A stretch of DNA of 63,057 nt from Mycobacterium sp. (GCF_049585075.1 NZ_JBAUZA010000273.1:1-63057); one strand, 5' to 3'. Shown: positions 44,240 to 54,753, numbered from the stretch's first letter. Numbers and translations: made by a program. The notes: generated by a model from the sequence alone, not told the origin.

Positions 44240-45000
44240 ACCGACTGCAGCGCGACGACGCGGTCACGTTGACCTACCAGGTGCACAACCGGCAGGCGCC
44301 CGGTGTGCCGCTTCTGCTCACGCACGGCTTCGGCGCCACCGCGGGCATGTGGGACCGGAATGTCGATGCCTTGAGTGTCGATCGTCCGGTGATCGTCTGG
44401 GACCTGCGCGGGCACGGCAGCAGCGATGCACCCGACGACATGGGCAGCTACAGCGAGCAGATCAGTGTCGCCGACATGGCGGCCATTCTCGACGCCGCGG
44501 GTGCCGATCGGGCTGTGCTCGGCGGAATGTCCTTGGGCGGCTACCTATCCCTCGCCTTCCACCTCGTCCATCCGGAGCGGGTAGCCGCGCTGGTGCTGGT
44601 CGACACCGGGCCGGGCTACCGCAACGACGAAGCCCGCGACAAGTGGAATGCGTGGGTAGAACGACGTGCGCAACAACTTGAGCGCGGCGAAGGGCGCGTC
44701 GATACGTCGGCAGAACTCGCGCAGGCGGTGCATGAGCATCCCGAGGGACTGCCCCGCGCCGCCCGCGGAGTGATGGCCCAAAAGGATGCTCGGGTCATCA
44801 CATCGCTCGACAGCATCTCGGTGCCCACGTTGGTGATCGTGGGTGCCGAGGACACCGACTTCCTTGCCGGGGCCGACTACATGCACCGCCAGATCCCCAA
44901 TTCCCGGAAGGTAGTCATCGAAAACGCGGGGCATGCGGCGAACATGGACCAGCCCGAGACGTTCAACGCCGCCGTGGGCGAATTTCTGGAAAAGCTGTGA
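44236..45000 (+). CDS. Alpha/beta hydrolase
   Basis: HGF, DLRGHG, GMSLGG, AGHAAN; GTGA overlap. Confidence 0.9.
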   Translation: MNRLQRDDAVTLTYQVHNRQAPGVPLLLTHGFGATAGMWDRNVDALSVDRPVIVWDLRGHGSSDAPDDMGSYSEQISVADMAAILDAAGADRAVLGGMSLGGYLSLAFHLVHPERVAALVLVDTGPGYRNDEARDKWNAWVERRAQQLERGEGRVDTSAELAQAVHEHPEGLPRAARGVMAQKDARVITSLDSISVPTLVIVGAEDTDFLAGADYMHRQIPNSRKVVIENAGHAANMDQPETFNAAVGEFLEKL

Positions 45001-45758
45001 CCGCTCCTGATGTCACCGTCGAATCCGTCGGCCACGTGGCCGTGGTAGAGCTCCATCGGCCCCCGAACAACTTCTTTGACGCTGCGTTGATCAAGGGCAT
45101 CGCCGACACCTACGACCGACTGGACCACGACGTCGAATGCCGCGCGATCCTACTGTGCGCGGAGGGAAAACACTTCTGCGCAGGCGCCGACCTCTCCCGG
45201 CCCGCCGAGGATCGAGTGTCGCCCAATGAGCTTTATGCTCAAGCCATCCGGTTGTTTCGCTCGACCAAGCCGGTTGTCGCCGCGGTGCACGGCGCTGCGA
45301 TCGGCGGCGGACTCGGGCTTGCCCTAAGCGCAGACTTTCGCGTGGCCGCGCCTTCCTCGAAATTCGCGGCCAACTTCAGCAGACTCGGGTTTCATCCCGG
45401 GTTCGGGATTACCGCCACACTGCCGCGCGTCGTGGGCCAGCAGAAAGCACTAGAGTGGATGCTCACCGGTGAGCGTTTCGGTGGTGAAATCGCTTACGCA
45501 GCAGGGCTGGTCGACGAATTCGCCACCGACGGTGATGTGCGCCCGGCGGCGATTCGGTTCGCCGAGCGCATCGCCGCGTCGGCCCCTTTGGCGCTGACCA
45601 GCATTCGTGCCACCATGCGCGCCGGACTGGCCGACGCTGTCGCCGCGGCCACTGCCCGCGAGCTTGAAGAACAAACCCGGCTACAGGCGACCGCCGACTT
45701 CCGCGAAGGCGTGGCAGCAGCTGCGCAGCGCCGCGCTCCGACGTTCACCGGTCACTGA
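44997..45758 (+). CDS. Enoyl-CoA hydratase/isomerase
   Basis: FCAGADL, HGAAIGGG, DFREGV. Confidence 0.92.
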   Translation: MTAPDVTVESVGHVAVVELHRPPNNFFDAALIKGIADTYDRLDHDVECRAILLCAEGKHFCAGADLSRPAEDRVSPNELYAQAIRLFRSTKPVVAAVHGAAIGGGLGLALSADFRVAAPSSKFAANFSRLGFHPGFGITATLPRVVGQQKALEWMLTGERFGGEIAYAAGLVDEFATDGDVRPAAIRFAERIAASAPLALTSIRATMRAGLADAVAAATARELEEQTRLQATADFREGVAAAAQRRAPTFTGH

Positions 45759-45782
45759 CGGGTAGACCGCGCCTCGACCACC

Positions 45783-47132
45783 TCAGAATGTGATCGGGCT
45801 GACCATATCCAGCGCTCCCAACAGGGCCTGGATGAAGTCCGGGTGCGCAGTGTCGATCAGTCCTGCCCCGAACTCGGCGCTAATCAACTGGGTCAGCACA
45901 GGGCTGTCCACAATTGGGTCGATCTGGTAGGTCGCGGGGTTCAGCAAGTCAGCGGTGAACGCAGCCCACCCCTGCTGCGCACCAGTGTCCAAAGCCGCGA
46001 AGACCTGATTCCAGTCCATGTCAGGCAGCCCCCAGTTCACGGTGCTCACGAGATCGGCTGGACCCTGGTTCCAGCCTTCGGTGATGCTGCCGTATCCGAG
46101 ATTGACCAGGATGCTGGTGTCGGGTTCGAGCAGGTCGTAGACGGGCTGGCCGACGATCGGCGTCAGCAGCAACGGGTCGAGGATGGGCAATGTTTCGGAA
46201 GGGATCATGTAATAGCTGGTAAGGGAATCGCTGGCGGTTTCCAGTGGTATGGCATCCGAAATCTGCTGCGGAGTCAGCCCCAGATAAGCCAGATGTTCGA
46301 AAAAGAGCCCATCTAGGGCGTTGAGGTCGCTCAACACATTGGTCGGGTACTGAGGAAAATCGGCGACGGGATCGTATTCGAGGGTGTAGACGTCGGTCGG
46401 ATATAGGTTTTCGGGAGTCAGGTCATTCAGTCCCGGTGCGAGTTCCGTCAGCCCGAACTCGCTGAATATGCCCCCGTCGGGGGTCGAAGGATCGCCGACA
46501 AGGACGAAGTGCAGGTCCTGCGCGGGGACGCCAGCGGAAGCTAGTTGCTGCATGGTCAGCCCTGACAGCGCCGAGCTTTGCGAATACCCGAATGCGTACA
46601 AGGGGTGGCCGGCGGACACGTTCCCGTCGGCGATCTCTTGCTGGATCGCCTGCAGCAGGGCAACGGCTCCCAAGGTCTCGGACCAAAACCGGTTGGTGAA
46701 TAGCTCAGGGGTGGTCAGCACCTCGGCGATACCGCCGACTCCGTTTGGCTGGAAGTGGTCCAGAGCGGCAGCCGTGTCGGCGAACGCGTGGCCGTGAGTG
46801 AACGGCTCAGTGCCCACGTCCTCGAGAGCATGACCAAATCCGTTGGGCTGCAGGTACAGATTGGCGACCGTGTCGGCGTACTGCTGCGTCGGAGTGGGGA
46901 CACCGCTACCACCCATGATCAGGGCAACGTCGCCAGCCGTCAGATTTACGTCGAGGGATATGTGTGATGCGCGTAGCGCGCTAGGGGGGCCGGCGACGAA
47001 CATCGCTGATATCAGCATCGAGACGCCGAAAATCGCGGGCAGACGATTGCCCGACCTGGCGTCGTTGTCCGGGTGGCGCTCCAGAAGGGCTACAGGCGTG
47101 GCTTGACTTCGGCTTCGCTCGTTTAGCGCCAT
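45783..47132 (-). CDS. PE-PPE-domain (cutinase-like) protein
   Basis: IMGGSG, FGYSQSS, FVLVGDP, EYDPVADFPQYP, LVNLGYG. Confidence 0.85.
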   Translation of the reverse strand: MALNERSRSQATPVALLERHPDNDARSGNRLPAIFGVSMLISAMFVAGPPSALRASHISLDVNLTAGDVALIMGGSGVPTPTQQYADTVANLYLQPNGFGHALEDVGTEPFTHGHAFADTAAALDHFQPNGVGGIAEVLTTPELFTNRFWSETLGAVALLQAIQQEIADGNVSAGHPLYAFGYSQSSALSGLTMQQLASAGVPAQDLHFVLVGDPSTPDGGIFSEFGLTELAPGLNDLTPENLYPTDVYTLEYDPVADFPQYPTNVLSDLNALDGLFFEHLAYLGLTPQQISDAIPLETASDSLTSYYMIPSETLPILDPLLLTPIVGQPVYDLLEPDTSILVNLGYGSITEGWNQGPADLVSTVNWGLPDMDWNQVFAALDTGAQQGWAAFTADLLNPATYQIDPIVDSPVLTQLISAEFGAGLIDTAHPDFIQALLGALDMVSPITF

Positions 47133-47939
47133 AGTTCTACGCCGGGTTATCAGTCGATCGCGGACCAATGAATTCGGAAGATCCTCGCAGATGGTGCGTT
47201 TGCTGATAACCGGCCGTTATTACGCTTATTGGTGCTTGTCGGCCTTTCGCGTATCCCCTTGTGGTTGCGTGCCAACAAATGACCGATCCGATACGCGGAT
47301 CCCACGCATGAATGGTGCCGGACGTGACCAACCTGCCTCCTCAGGGCAGCAGCGGATGCCGATTCCGCTGCTTGGATCCAAGGCCGGTACCTTGCCGCAA
47401 GCGGCCGATACCTATGTCAACGGAGGCCACATATGTGCACGTCAGATAGCCGCCGTGGCAGACGGTAGCGCGTGTGAGACGGGCATACAATAGTCCGGTT
47501 TGTGAGATGAATCACCACAAAAATAGAGTTTCCGAACCGCGGAATTAGGGTATATGTGGCGCTCGCTCTCGTAATTGCATCCTTGTGCAATAGAGCGACG
47601 AAATGCGGGCGAGCAAAGACTCGCGGATAACTTCTGCCGAGGATGACGTACGTCCTGACGTGCGCCAAACGTGGGTGCGGTCATAGGCAGTATGTTTGCT
47701 GAGGCTATGTTGGATTGCGCTGCGCCAGCCTGGATCAGATTTTCTACTATTCCGGCTGATTCTTCCGGGAAATTGGAGACGTCGGTATGTGCCGCACGGG
47801 CCCCAGCCACTCTCAGTCAAAACAGCCAAGGCGCCAAAATCCCACAAATTAATCCGGGCGTAACCGGGCCCATCAGTACTTCTGTTGCCGTGACCAACAC
47901 CGGCGCGTCGGCGACAGCACCGCGGCACGATGATCTCTT

Positions 47940-48398
47940 ATGGTCGCCGTCTACCGCGCGCCGATGCGATCCCGCAACGATGCCGTCGAACTGCAAGCCA
48001 CCATCGACCGCGCTCGCCGGCTCGGCCTGTGCGGGTTCGGGCAATCCGTGAGTCGGCCGGCCGAACAAGAGCGGCTAGCCCGTCGGGTCGCCCGATTCGC
48101 CGAGCTCGACGACGGCTCGTTTGTGTGGACGCGCGACACCGACGGCTGGTTCTGGCTGGGCCGCATCTCCGGGCCGTACTTCTACGACGCCAACGAAACC
48201 GCTGCGGCGGTGGATTTGGTGCATGTACGACCCTGCGATTGGCTGCCCACGCCAACGCCGGAACAGGACGTGCCCGCCGCCGTCACTGCCACGTTCCGTC
48301 GGGGTGGACTGAACTTTCAGGAAATCCACCACACATCGACCGACGAAGAGACACAACGGATTTGGGATGCGCGGACCAGTCAGCCCGCAGAGGACTAG
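47940..48398 (+). CDS. Hypothetical protein
   Basis: 152-aa ORF with normal codon bias, FVWTRDTDGWFWLGRISGPY. Confidence 0.7.
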   Translation: MVAVYRAPMRSRNDAVELQATIDRARRLGLCGFGQSVSRPAEQERLARRVARFAELDDGSFVWTRDTDGWFWLGRISGPYFYDANETAAAVDLVHVRPCDWLPTPTPEQDVPAAVTATFRRGGLNFQEIHHTSTDEETQRIWDARTSQPAED

Positions 48399-48577
48399 CG
48401 CACTTTAACTTGGCCAGGTGTCGGGTCGCCTTCGACGCCTAGACCAGCGTCCTCTGCAGTAGGGATCTCAGGCATCGTGTCGGTGCTGCCGGCCAGTTGC
48501 GGAACGTGTAGCGTTCGCTGCGCGCGGCCGGAAAATGTTGGCACAGACCCGCATGTCCCTTAGGGAGGAGTCCGGCA

Positions 48578-49852
48578 GTGGTCCTTTCTGCACTGCCTTC
48601 ACCCTTGCGGCCCGGATGGCTCCGGGTCCAGACCGTCGCTGCCATCCTTGGCGTTGCCTTGCTGGTCGGCGCGTGCGGCGGCGGGTCGTCGCCGAGCCCA
48701 TCCTCGTCGGCCGGTTCGACCCCGGTGTTTACGCCGATCAATCAGATGACGCTGCGGGTGCGGGTCACCTCGATGGCCCGGGAGATGCTCGTCCCAGGGG
48801 CAGTCGCGCTAGTACGCTCGCCCGCCGGCGAGATCAGCACGACGTACGGCACCGCCACAGTGGGTAGCAGAGTTCCGGTGTCGCTGGCGGATCACGTCCG
48901 GATTGGATCGATCACCAAAACATGGACCGGCACAGTGATCCTGCAGCAGGCCCAGGAGGGCAAGCTCAGCCTCGGCGATCCGGTGTCGAAGTTCCGTCCA
49001 GATGTTCCGGACGGTGACCACATCACCATCGCCGAGTTGTTGAACATGCGTAGCGGCCTTTACAACTACAGCGAGACGCGCGAACTAAACGAGATCGGCG
49101 ATAGCGATCCACAAAAAGTGTGGAATCCAGACGAATTACTCGCGCTGGCCTACAGCCATCCGCCATACTTCCCACCCGGAACGGGCTACCACTATTCGAA
49201 CACCAACACGGTGTTGCTCGGGCTCATCGCCGAAGCGCTTGACGCGAAACCCCTTTCGCAGGTATTTCAGGATCGGTTGTTCACCCCACTGGGGCTCAAG
49301 GACACGCTGTTTCCACCCCCCACCTCAAACGCCATCCCGGACCCGCATCCCCAGGGATATATGTATGGCACCAACGTGCTGACTATGGGCTCACCAGCGG
49401 CCATACCGCCGGAAATGCAGGCGGCAGCAAAGACCGGCACGCTGCAGCCTGGTGATCAGACTTCCATGAACCCGTCGTGGGCCTGGGCGGGAGGCGCCGG
49501 CATCTCCACCGTGGCCGATCTGGCGACCTTGGCTGAGGCGTTGGCCGAAGGGAAACTGCTCGATCCCGACATGCAATCTAAGCGGATCGCCAGCCTGCAA
49601 TCAACGAACCCGGCACAACCAGATGCGCCGCAGTACGGGCTGGCCCTCGCGAAATTCGGTGCGCTGTATGGGCATACCGGTGAAGTTCCTGGCTTCAACA
49701 CCTTCGCCGCCACCGACCCAAAGAACAAAGTGACAATCGTGATCTGGGTCAACCTGGATCCCACCCCCGATGGGCGAGCCGCGGCCACGCTCATCGCCAA
49801 AGCTCTGATCGACGAAATGTACGGTTCACCGACGCCAACAACTACCCGTTAG
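48578..49852 (+). CDS. Serine hydrolase/beta-lactamase-family lipoprotein
   Basis: LVGAC lipobox, SITK, YSN, HTG. Confidence 0.9.
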   Translation: MVLSALPSPLRPGWLRVQTVAAILGVALLVGACGGGSSPSPSSSAGSTPVFTPINQMTLRVRVTSMAREMLVPGAVALVRSPAGEISTTYGTATVGSRVPVSLADHVRIGSITKTWTGTVILQQAQEGKLSLGDPVSKFRPDVPDGDHITIAELLNMRSGLYNYSETRELNEIGDSDPQKVWNPDELLALAYSHPPYFPPGTGYHYSNTNTVLLGLIAEALDAKPLSQVFQDRLFTPLGLKDTLFPPPTSNAIPDPHPQGYMYGTNVLTMGSPAAIPPEMQAAAKTGTLQPGDQTSMNPSWAWAGGAGISTVADLATLAEALAEGKLLDPDMQSKRIASLQSTNPAQPDAPQYGLALAKFGALYGHTGEVPGFNTFAATDPKNKVTIVIWVNLDPTPDGRAAATLIAKALIDEMYGSPTPTTTR

Positions 49853-49941
49853 CGCGCTGATGCCCCGATGAACGGGCGAGCGCCCGTCCCGGAACTCGTA
49901 AGCGTTGCTGGCGATGTCGATGCGTGGTCCGCAGTCAAAGC

Positions 49942-49968
49942 AAAACGGGCCGCTCATCCGCGGCCTTT
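49942..49968 (-). terminator. Terminator hairpin after the tmRNA-end copy
   Basis: Minus strand GGCCGC-GGATGA-GCGGCC then CGTTTTG. Confidence 0.55.
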
Positions 49969-49972
49969 CTCA

Positions 49973-50084
49973 GTGGAGCTGCCGGGAATCGAAACCGATG
50001 CTCTACCAGGGCTTTTGGCTTCTGAACTGCCGGTTGGTTCCGTTTCGTTCCGATTCAGTCCCGCTCATTGCCTGCGGTTTCGTT
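49973..50084 (-). repeat. ssrA 3'-end att core 1 plus family-A arm
   Basis: GTGGAGCTGCCGGGAATCGAA at 49973-49993 (reverse complement TTCGATTCCCGGCAGCTCCAC); arm colinear with 50634-50724. Confidence 0.85.
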
Positions 50085-50106
50085 CACGAGAACAAACAGG
50101 ATGTCG

Positions 50107-50442
50107 TCACCGAGGATTGCCCGGAGCCGCCGGGCTCGTAGGACTTGTAGGGCTCGTCGGACTTGTCGGAGTCGCAGGGCTCGTGGGCGCGGGACTCGCA
50201 AGGCCTGGGCCTTCGCCACACCAGTCCGCCACATCTTTCGGGTACTGCTCGAGCGGAGGAGGACAACGCTGCCCCGGCGGGAAATTGGCGCCGGCGTTGA
50301 GCAGATCGCAGGGCACGTAGACCTGCTTGCCCTTGGGCGTGTTGGTCAGACACTTCGTCGGTGGCTCACCATGGGCCTGGACGGGAATGATGGCCGCCAC
50401 CACTACCGCGCCGAGCGCCCAAGCCAGACGGCGAAAGATCAT
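50107..50442 (-). CDS. Small secreted 4-Cys protein with (SPT)n tail
   Basis: Signal peptide ending AHG, four Cys, SPTSPTSPTSP tail. Confidence 0.65.
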   Translation of the reverse strand: MIFRRLAWALGAVVVAAIIPVQAHGEPPTKCLTNTPKGKQVYVPCDLLNAGANFPPGQRCPPPLEQYPKDVADWCGEGPGLASPAPTSPATPTSPTSPTSPTSPAAPGNPR

Positions 50443-50612
50443 AAGAGCTCCTCGTGCTCAACCTAGCGGGATGGAGCCCCGGTCTGAAGCTGCGACGCGA
50501 CCGTCCCGTCCTTGCGCGAACGGATCCGGGTGTTCGCCATCGGGACACTACGCCGAATCTTGACGAGGCGGCTCAGTGGGTAAATATTACCGCTCTGACC
50601 TGCCATTTTATT

Positions 50613-50724
50613 GTGGAGCTGCCGGGAATCGAAACCGACGCTCTACCAGACCTTTTGCTTTCTGACCCGCCGGTCCGTTACGTCTCGTTCCCGCTCACTC
50701 CCGCTCGTTACCTGCGGCTTCGTT
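50613..50724 (-). repeat. ssrA 3'-end att core 2 plus family-A arm
   Basis: Identical 21-bp core at 50613-50633. Confidence 0.85.
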
Positions 50725-50784
50725 AGCGGGTCTTGACGCTGTCGAGAGCGGCCACCTAACCCATCGAGCTGGTACTCGGGCGGA

Positions 50785-52173
50785 TCACGCGGCGGCGGTG
50801 AGCAATTCCTGCAGAGCGACCTCGAAGTCGTCGGCCAGGTCCCATACGTCGGGCACCAGTTCCCAGCATGAGTTGATCCCGACGTCAAGCTTGCCGGTCA
50901 GCGACATCACCGTGATGTTGAGACCGGTGCCGTAGAAGATCGGTCCCAGCGGATACATCGCCTTGACCTGGCAGCCCAGGAAGTACAACGGCACCTGCGG
51001 TCCCGGCACGTTGGAGATGACCAGGTTGTGCACCGGTCGGCGGGTCAGCACGGTACTGGCGAAGAGCCGCACGGCCGGGGCCAACAGCGCACGCCCGGCA
51101 AACTGCGCCCAGTCCAGCAACAGCGTCGCCCCGATCGCCGCGCTGTGCTCCTTGGCCACCCCATTGGCGCGCGCGATGGCACGCAGCCGGTCGGCCGGGT
51201 CGGCGATCTGAGTCTGCAGGCGGGAGAACAACGCCGTCAACTGGTTGTGGCCGGGCCGGTCGGACTTTTGATGCACCGACACCGGCACCGTGGCCACCAA
51301 CGAGGCATCGGGCAGCTGACCGCGATCGAGCAAGAACTTGCGCAGCACCCCGGCGCACAATGCCATCACCACGTCGTTGACCGTGACATTGAACCGGTTC
51401 TTGATCGTCTTGATGTCGTCGAGGTCCAGGCCGGCGTAGGCGATGTTGCGCCGGCGGGTAATGGAGTCGTTGAACGGGGTGCGGGGCGCCCGGAACGGCG
51501 CAGCCATGGCCCGCCCGCTTCGCCCCCGGCGCACGATGTCGACGATCGCTGACGCCGTCATCGGCACCACAGCGGCCATCTGCAGCGGCCGGGCAGCGAA
51601 CTTCGCCAGGCCGCGCACCGCCATTCCCACCGAGTTGGTGTCCCCCGGCCCGTCCACCGCCTCCGGCGCCGGCGTGTCCGGTTCAGTGCCGCACAGCTGC
51701 GACAGCAGGTTCGCACCGCCCACCCCGTCCACGCTGGCGTGATGCACCTTGGTCATCAGGGCCAGCCGGCCCCCGGCCCGGGCGTCGGCGCCGGCGATCC
51801 CCTCGATCACCCACATCTCCCACAAGGGCTGGCCGCGATCAAGGGGCAGGGAGGCGATGCGCCCGCAGGTCTCCGATAGCTCGACGCGCCCGCCGGGCGC
51901 CGGCAACCCGATGCGGTGCAGATGCCGGTCCAGATCGAAACTGTGGTCCTCCACCCACACCGGATGGTCCAGATTCAGCCGGCTGTCGGCCAACCTCTGC
52001 CGAAACTCCGGGATCGACTTGATCCGCACGCCCAACTCTTCGCGCAGCCGGGCGAAGCTGTACCCGCCGGGCACCGTCGCGGTGTCCAACTCCAAGATCG
52101 CGCAGACGTGCAACGGCTGCGAGGGCGTTTCCAAATACAAGAAGCTGGCATCCAGCCCGCTGAGCCGTTGCAT
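50785..52173 (-). CDS. WS/DGAT triacylglycerol synthase
   Basis: MQRLSGLDASFLYLE, HHASVDG, SNVPGP. Confidence 0.95.
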   Translation of the reverse strand: MQRLSGLDASFLYLETPSQPLHVCAILELDTATVPGGYSFARLREELGVRIKSIPEFRQRLADSRLNLDHPVWVEDHSFDLDRHLHRIGLPAPGGRVELSETCGRIASLPLDRGQPLWEMWVIEGIAGADARAGGRLALMTKVHHASVDGVGGANLLSQLCGTEPDTPAPEAVDGPGDTNSVGMAVRGLAKFAARPLQMAAVVPMTASAIVDIVRRGRSGRAMAAPFRAPRTPFNDSITRRRNIAYAGLDLDDIKTIKNRFNVTVNDVVMALCAGVLRKFLLDRGQLPDASLVATVPVSVHQKSDRPGHNQLTALFSRLQTQIADPADRLRAIARANGVAKEHSAAIGATLLLDWAQFAGRALLAPAVRLFASTVLTRRPVHNLVISNVPGPQVPLYFLGCQVKAMYPLGPIFYGTGLNITVMSLTGKLDVGINSCWELVPDVWDLADDFEVALQELLTAAA

Positions 52174-52427
52174 ACGTTTCCCTTCCGCCGGTGGGGGATG
52201 GTCATTGCCGCCAGCCGACCCAGATTGCCGGCCGGGGCGATGCGATGTCGAAGGCCGGCCGGCGGCACCCCGCGATCACCGTCACAACTCGATGGCGAAC
52301 CCGTTCAGGTCCCGGCTAAAGGACGTAGAACTCATAAAGAGGACTCTCCTGGGTCTCAGAAGTGAAAATTCGTGAGAATCCGCCGACACCATTGTGCGCT
52401 CATCCGCGCTCGATTGAAAGTACGTTG

Positions 52428-52572
52428 CAGGTGCCGATACCCCAAACCTATTGACACAGCGGAAAATTGCACCGTTTTGGGGGCAATGCCCGGCCCAATC
52501 CTATTGACACAGCTGAAAAGCTCCATCTCTGGGCAGGTGCTACCAGCTCAATCCTATTTACTCACTGTCAAA
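52428..52572. repeat. Degenerate 53-bp tandem repeat, three copies
   Basis: CCTATT at 52447, 52500 and 52553; first two share CCTATTGACACAGCNGAAAA. Confidence 0.7.
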
Positions 52573-52800
52573 TACGAAGCGAGGTTTCAGGCGAGCGAGT
52601 TGGAGCAGTTGGCCTGCGACATGTGGGGTTCGCAACGGAGGTACGAAGGCTGGGCTACTCGTCTGTGGCTGGCGGGCACGAGAACCAGTTCGTTGAATTA
52701 TCGGAGCGTATGTTCCAACACGCCGACGCCGCAGATCGGCCCCGGTAACTTTTAGGCCGCCAATGCGCTCTAGCACCGGCGTGCGGCCACTGCTTAAGTT

Positions 52801-53823
52801 GTGGGTGTGGCAGCTCGCGCCGTCCTGGTTACCCCATTGTCGGGGCCGCTGGCCAGATTCGGGAAAGCAGGGGCGAACGCCCTCGCTCTCTGGGCCGAGC
52901 ATTTCGCAGTAAGTCTGCGGGTCATCGACGCTTACCCGTCCGCGGCGTCCGCGATACGCGCCGCCGAGGCTAGCCGGCCGGACGTGGTGTTCGGGCCCTA
53001 CAGTTCGGGATCGGCGGTCGCGGCCGCGGCCGCCAGCACAGGGGTCGTCTGGAACCACGGTGGCGCCACCGCCCGGCTGGCGCGGCCGGCGTATCCGCGT
53101 GTCGTCAACGTAGAGTCTCCCGCTTACCGCTATCTCGCCGCGGTGCTCGAGACCCTTGCCGCCGGCGGTCTTGGTGAGGGGTCGGAGGTAGTAATAGTGC
53201 ACGTCGACACGGGGTTCGGCCGCGAGGTGGCCGGAGGGGCGGCGGTGGCGGCCAGGCGACTCGGTCTCCTACGGCGGTTGGTCACTTTTCGGCCAGGTCG
53301 GGTGAGAGACGTGCTGGCGCAGATCCCGGCGGGCGATGTGCTGTTATCGGCCGGTTCCTTCGACGACGACGTGGCCATCGCGCAGTGGGACGGCGAACGC
53401 CGTTGGCGCGCAGTTGGATTGGTCGCGGCCGGAGTTGATGAGCTCCGGCACGCCATCGGTGATCGCGTTGAGGGGCTTTACGGACCGTGCCAGTGGTTCG
53501 ACGACGCGACAGATGATCCCGCGGACGGACCCAGCAGCGAGTGGTTCAGCCAGTGTTACCGGGATGCGAATGGTGCTGAGCCGCCCTATCCGGCTGCTGC
53601 GGCCTTCGCCGCGGGTGTCCTTTGGCAGCGCTGTGTGAAGGAGGCCGGAACTGTTGAATCGTTACCGGTGCGGGCCGCGTCACAAAGACTCGACACCACC
53701 ACCTTGTTCGGGCGGTTTCATGTCGACCCGGTCACCGGCCTGCAAACCGGCCATCAGATTCGCGTCGTTCAGTGGCGAGGCGGACAGCGGGTGCTGGTGG
53801 ATCGGCCGCTCCGTCGGACGTGA
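52801..53823 (+). CDS. Orphan branched-chain amino acid-type ABC substrate-binding protein
   Basis: PLSGPLARFG, VFGPYSSG, TLFGRF, VVQW. Confidence 0.8.
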   Translation: MGVAARAVLVTPLSGPLARFGKAGANALALWAEHFAVSLRVIDAYPSAASAIRAAEASRPDVVFGPYSSGSAVAAAAASTGVVWNHGGATARLARPAYPRVVNVESPAYRYLAAVLETLAAGGLGEGSEVVIVHVDTGFGREVAGGAAVAARRLGLLRRLVTFRPGRVRDVLAQIPAGDVLLSAGSFDDDVAIAQWDGERRWRAVGLVAAGVDELRHAIGDRVEGLYGPCQWFDDATDDPADGPSSEWFSQCYRDANGAEPPYPAAAAFAAGVLWQRCVKEAGTVESLPVRAASQRLDTTTLFGRFHVDPVTGLQTGHQIRVVQWRGGQRVLVDRPLRRT

Positions 53824-53970
53824 GCGTCGAATTCACATCAGCTCGTGGGTCAGGTCCTCGCCCGGGGCGCCGCAGGCGCATTCCTCGTGGCGGTAGATTT
53901 GGCCTTCGGTGTGGCAGGTTCGACATCGGTACTTAGGCGTTCGATCAGCCCTCTGACCAGCATCTTTTCA

Positions 53971-54096
53971 GTGGAGCTGCCGGGAATCGAAGTCGCATAT
54001 AGCACGGTTGATTTGCGTAGATGGAAACTGAGTCAGCACGACCCCACATGGGGAAACATGAGCCGGCATGAGCAATGTGCTGACCGCCGTCAGCAC
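53971..54096 (-). repeat. ssrA 3'-end att core 3 plus family-B arm
   Basis: Core at 53971-53991; terminal palindrome GTGCTGAC-CGCC-GTCAGCAC at 54077-54096. Confidence 0.85.
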
Positions 54097-54150
54097 ACCC
54101 ATATCGCACGCGTCCAAAACCGAATCACACGTCGCAAACCATTCGGGGAC

Positions 54151-54753
54151 TCACACCGCCCGAACGGTCGCCTGACCGACTGCTGGCGCATGCAGTGACT
54201 TGGCACCTCTAGCGACTTCGAGCAAAGCAATGCTGCCGTGGAGGTAGAGGCCGGCGAGCCACCAGGGACAGTCGACGACCTGCTGGAGCCGATAGTCAAA
54301 CAGACCTGCGATAGAGAACAGTCCTTCGCCGACCACACCAAGCAGGGCCAACACCAAGCCGTGAACGAGGTAGACGAGCCGGTCGTGTTGTCGCAGGGCA
54401 ACGCGCAACAGCCACAGGATCGCCAGTGTCACAAACAATGCCGTGGGGTGAGTAGCGCCGACCTGACCTGAAATGGCGTATGCGGCGACGAACACCGTAT
54501 ACGAGCCGAGGATGGAACGCCAGGGGATCCTGGGCGGTACATCAGAAAGCGGAAAGGCCAGGGTGCCCGCGATCATGGCGACTGCGGCCGCGCCGAAGAC
54601 CAGTCCTACCCAGACGGACTGGCCGTCGACCATCGGCGCCCAGTGATAACGCAGCGTCCTGGTTCGGACATGAAAGTAGTGATCGCTGAGGCACAAGGTC
54701 GCACTGAAGGCCAGCCAGATGAGCAACAAGAACCGCAACCTAGTCTTGCCCAC
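54151..54753 (-). CDS. Multi-pass membrane protein (start uncertain)
   Basis: About six hydrophobic segments, PWWLAGLYLHG. Confidence 0.65.
   Translation of the reverse strand: MGKTRLRFLLLIWLAFSATLCLSDHYFHVRTRTLRYHWAPMVDGQSVWVGLVFGAAAVAMIAGTLAFPLSDVPPRIPWRSILGSYTVFVAAYAISGQVGATHPTALFVTLAILWLLRVALRQHDRLVYLVHGLVLALLGVVGEGLFSIAGLFDYRLQQVVDCPWWLAGLYLHGSIALLEVARGAKSLHAPAVGQATVRAV

Noticed and set aside
52580..52750. Possible LLM oxidoreductase fragment (FATEVRRLGYSSV)
   Set aside because: Similarity is too short to support without a search.
49868..54198. ORFs sharing a VELPGIE peptide (49868-50320, 50454-50726, 53845-54198)
   Set aside because: These are translations of the att core and arms, not a protein family.
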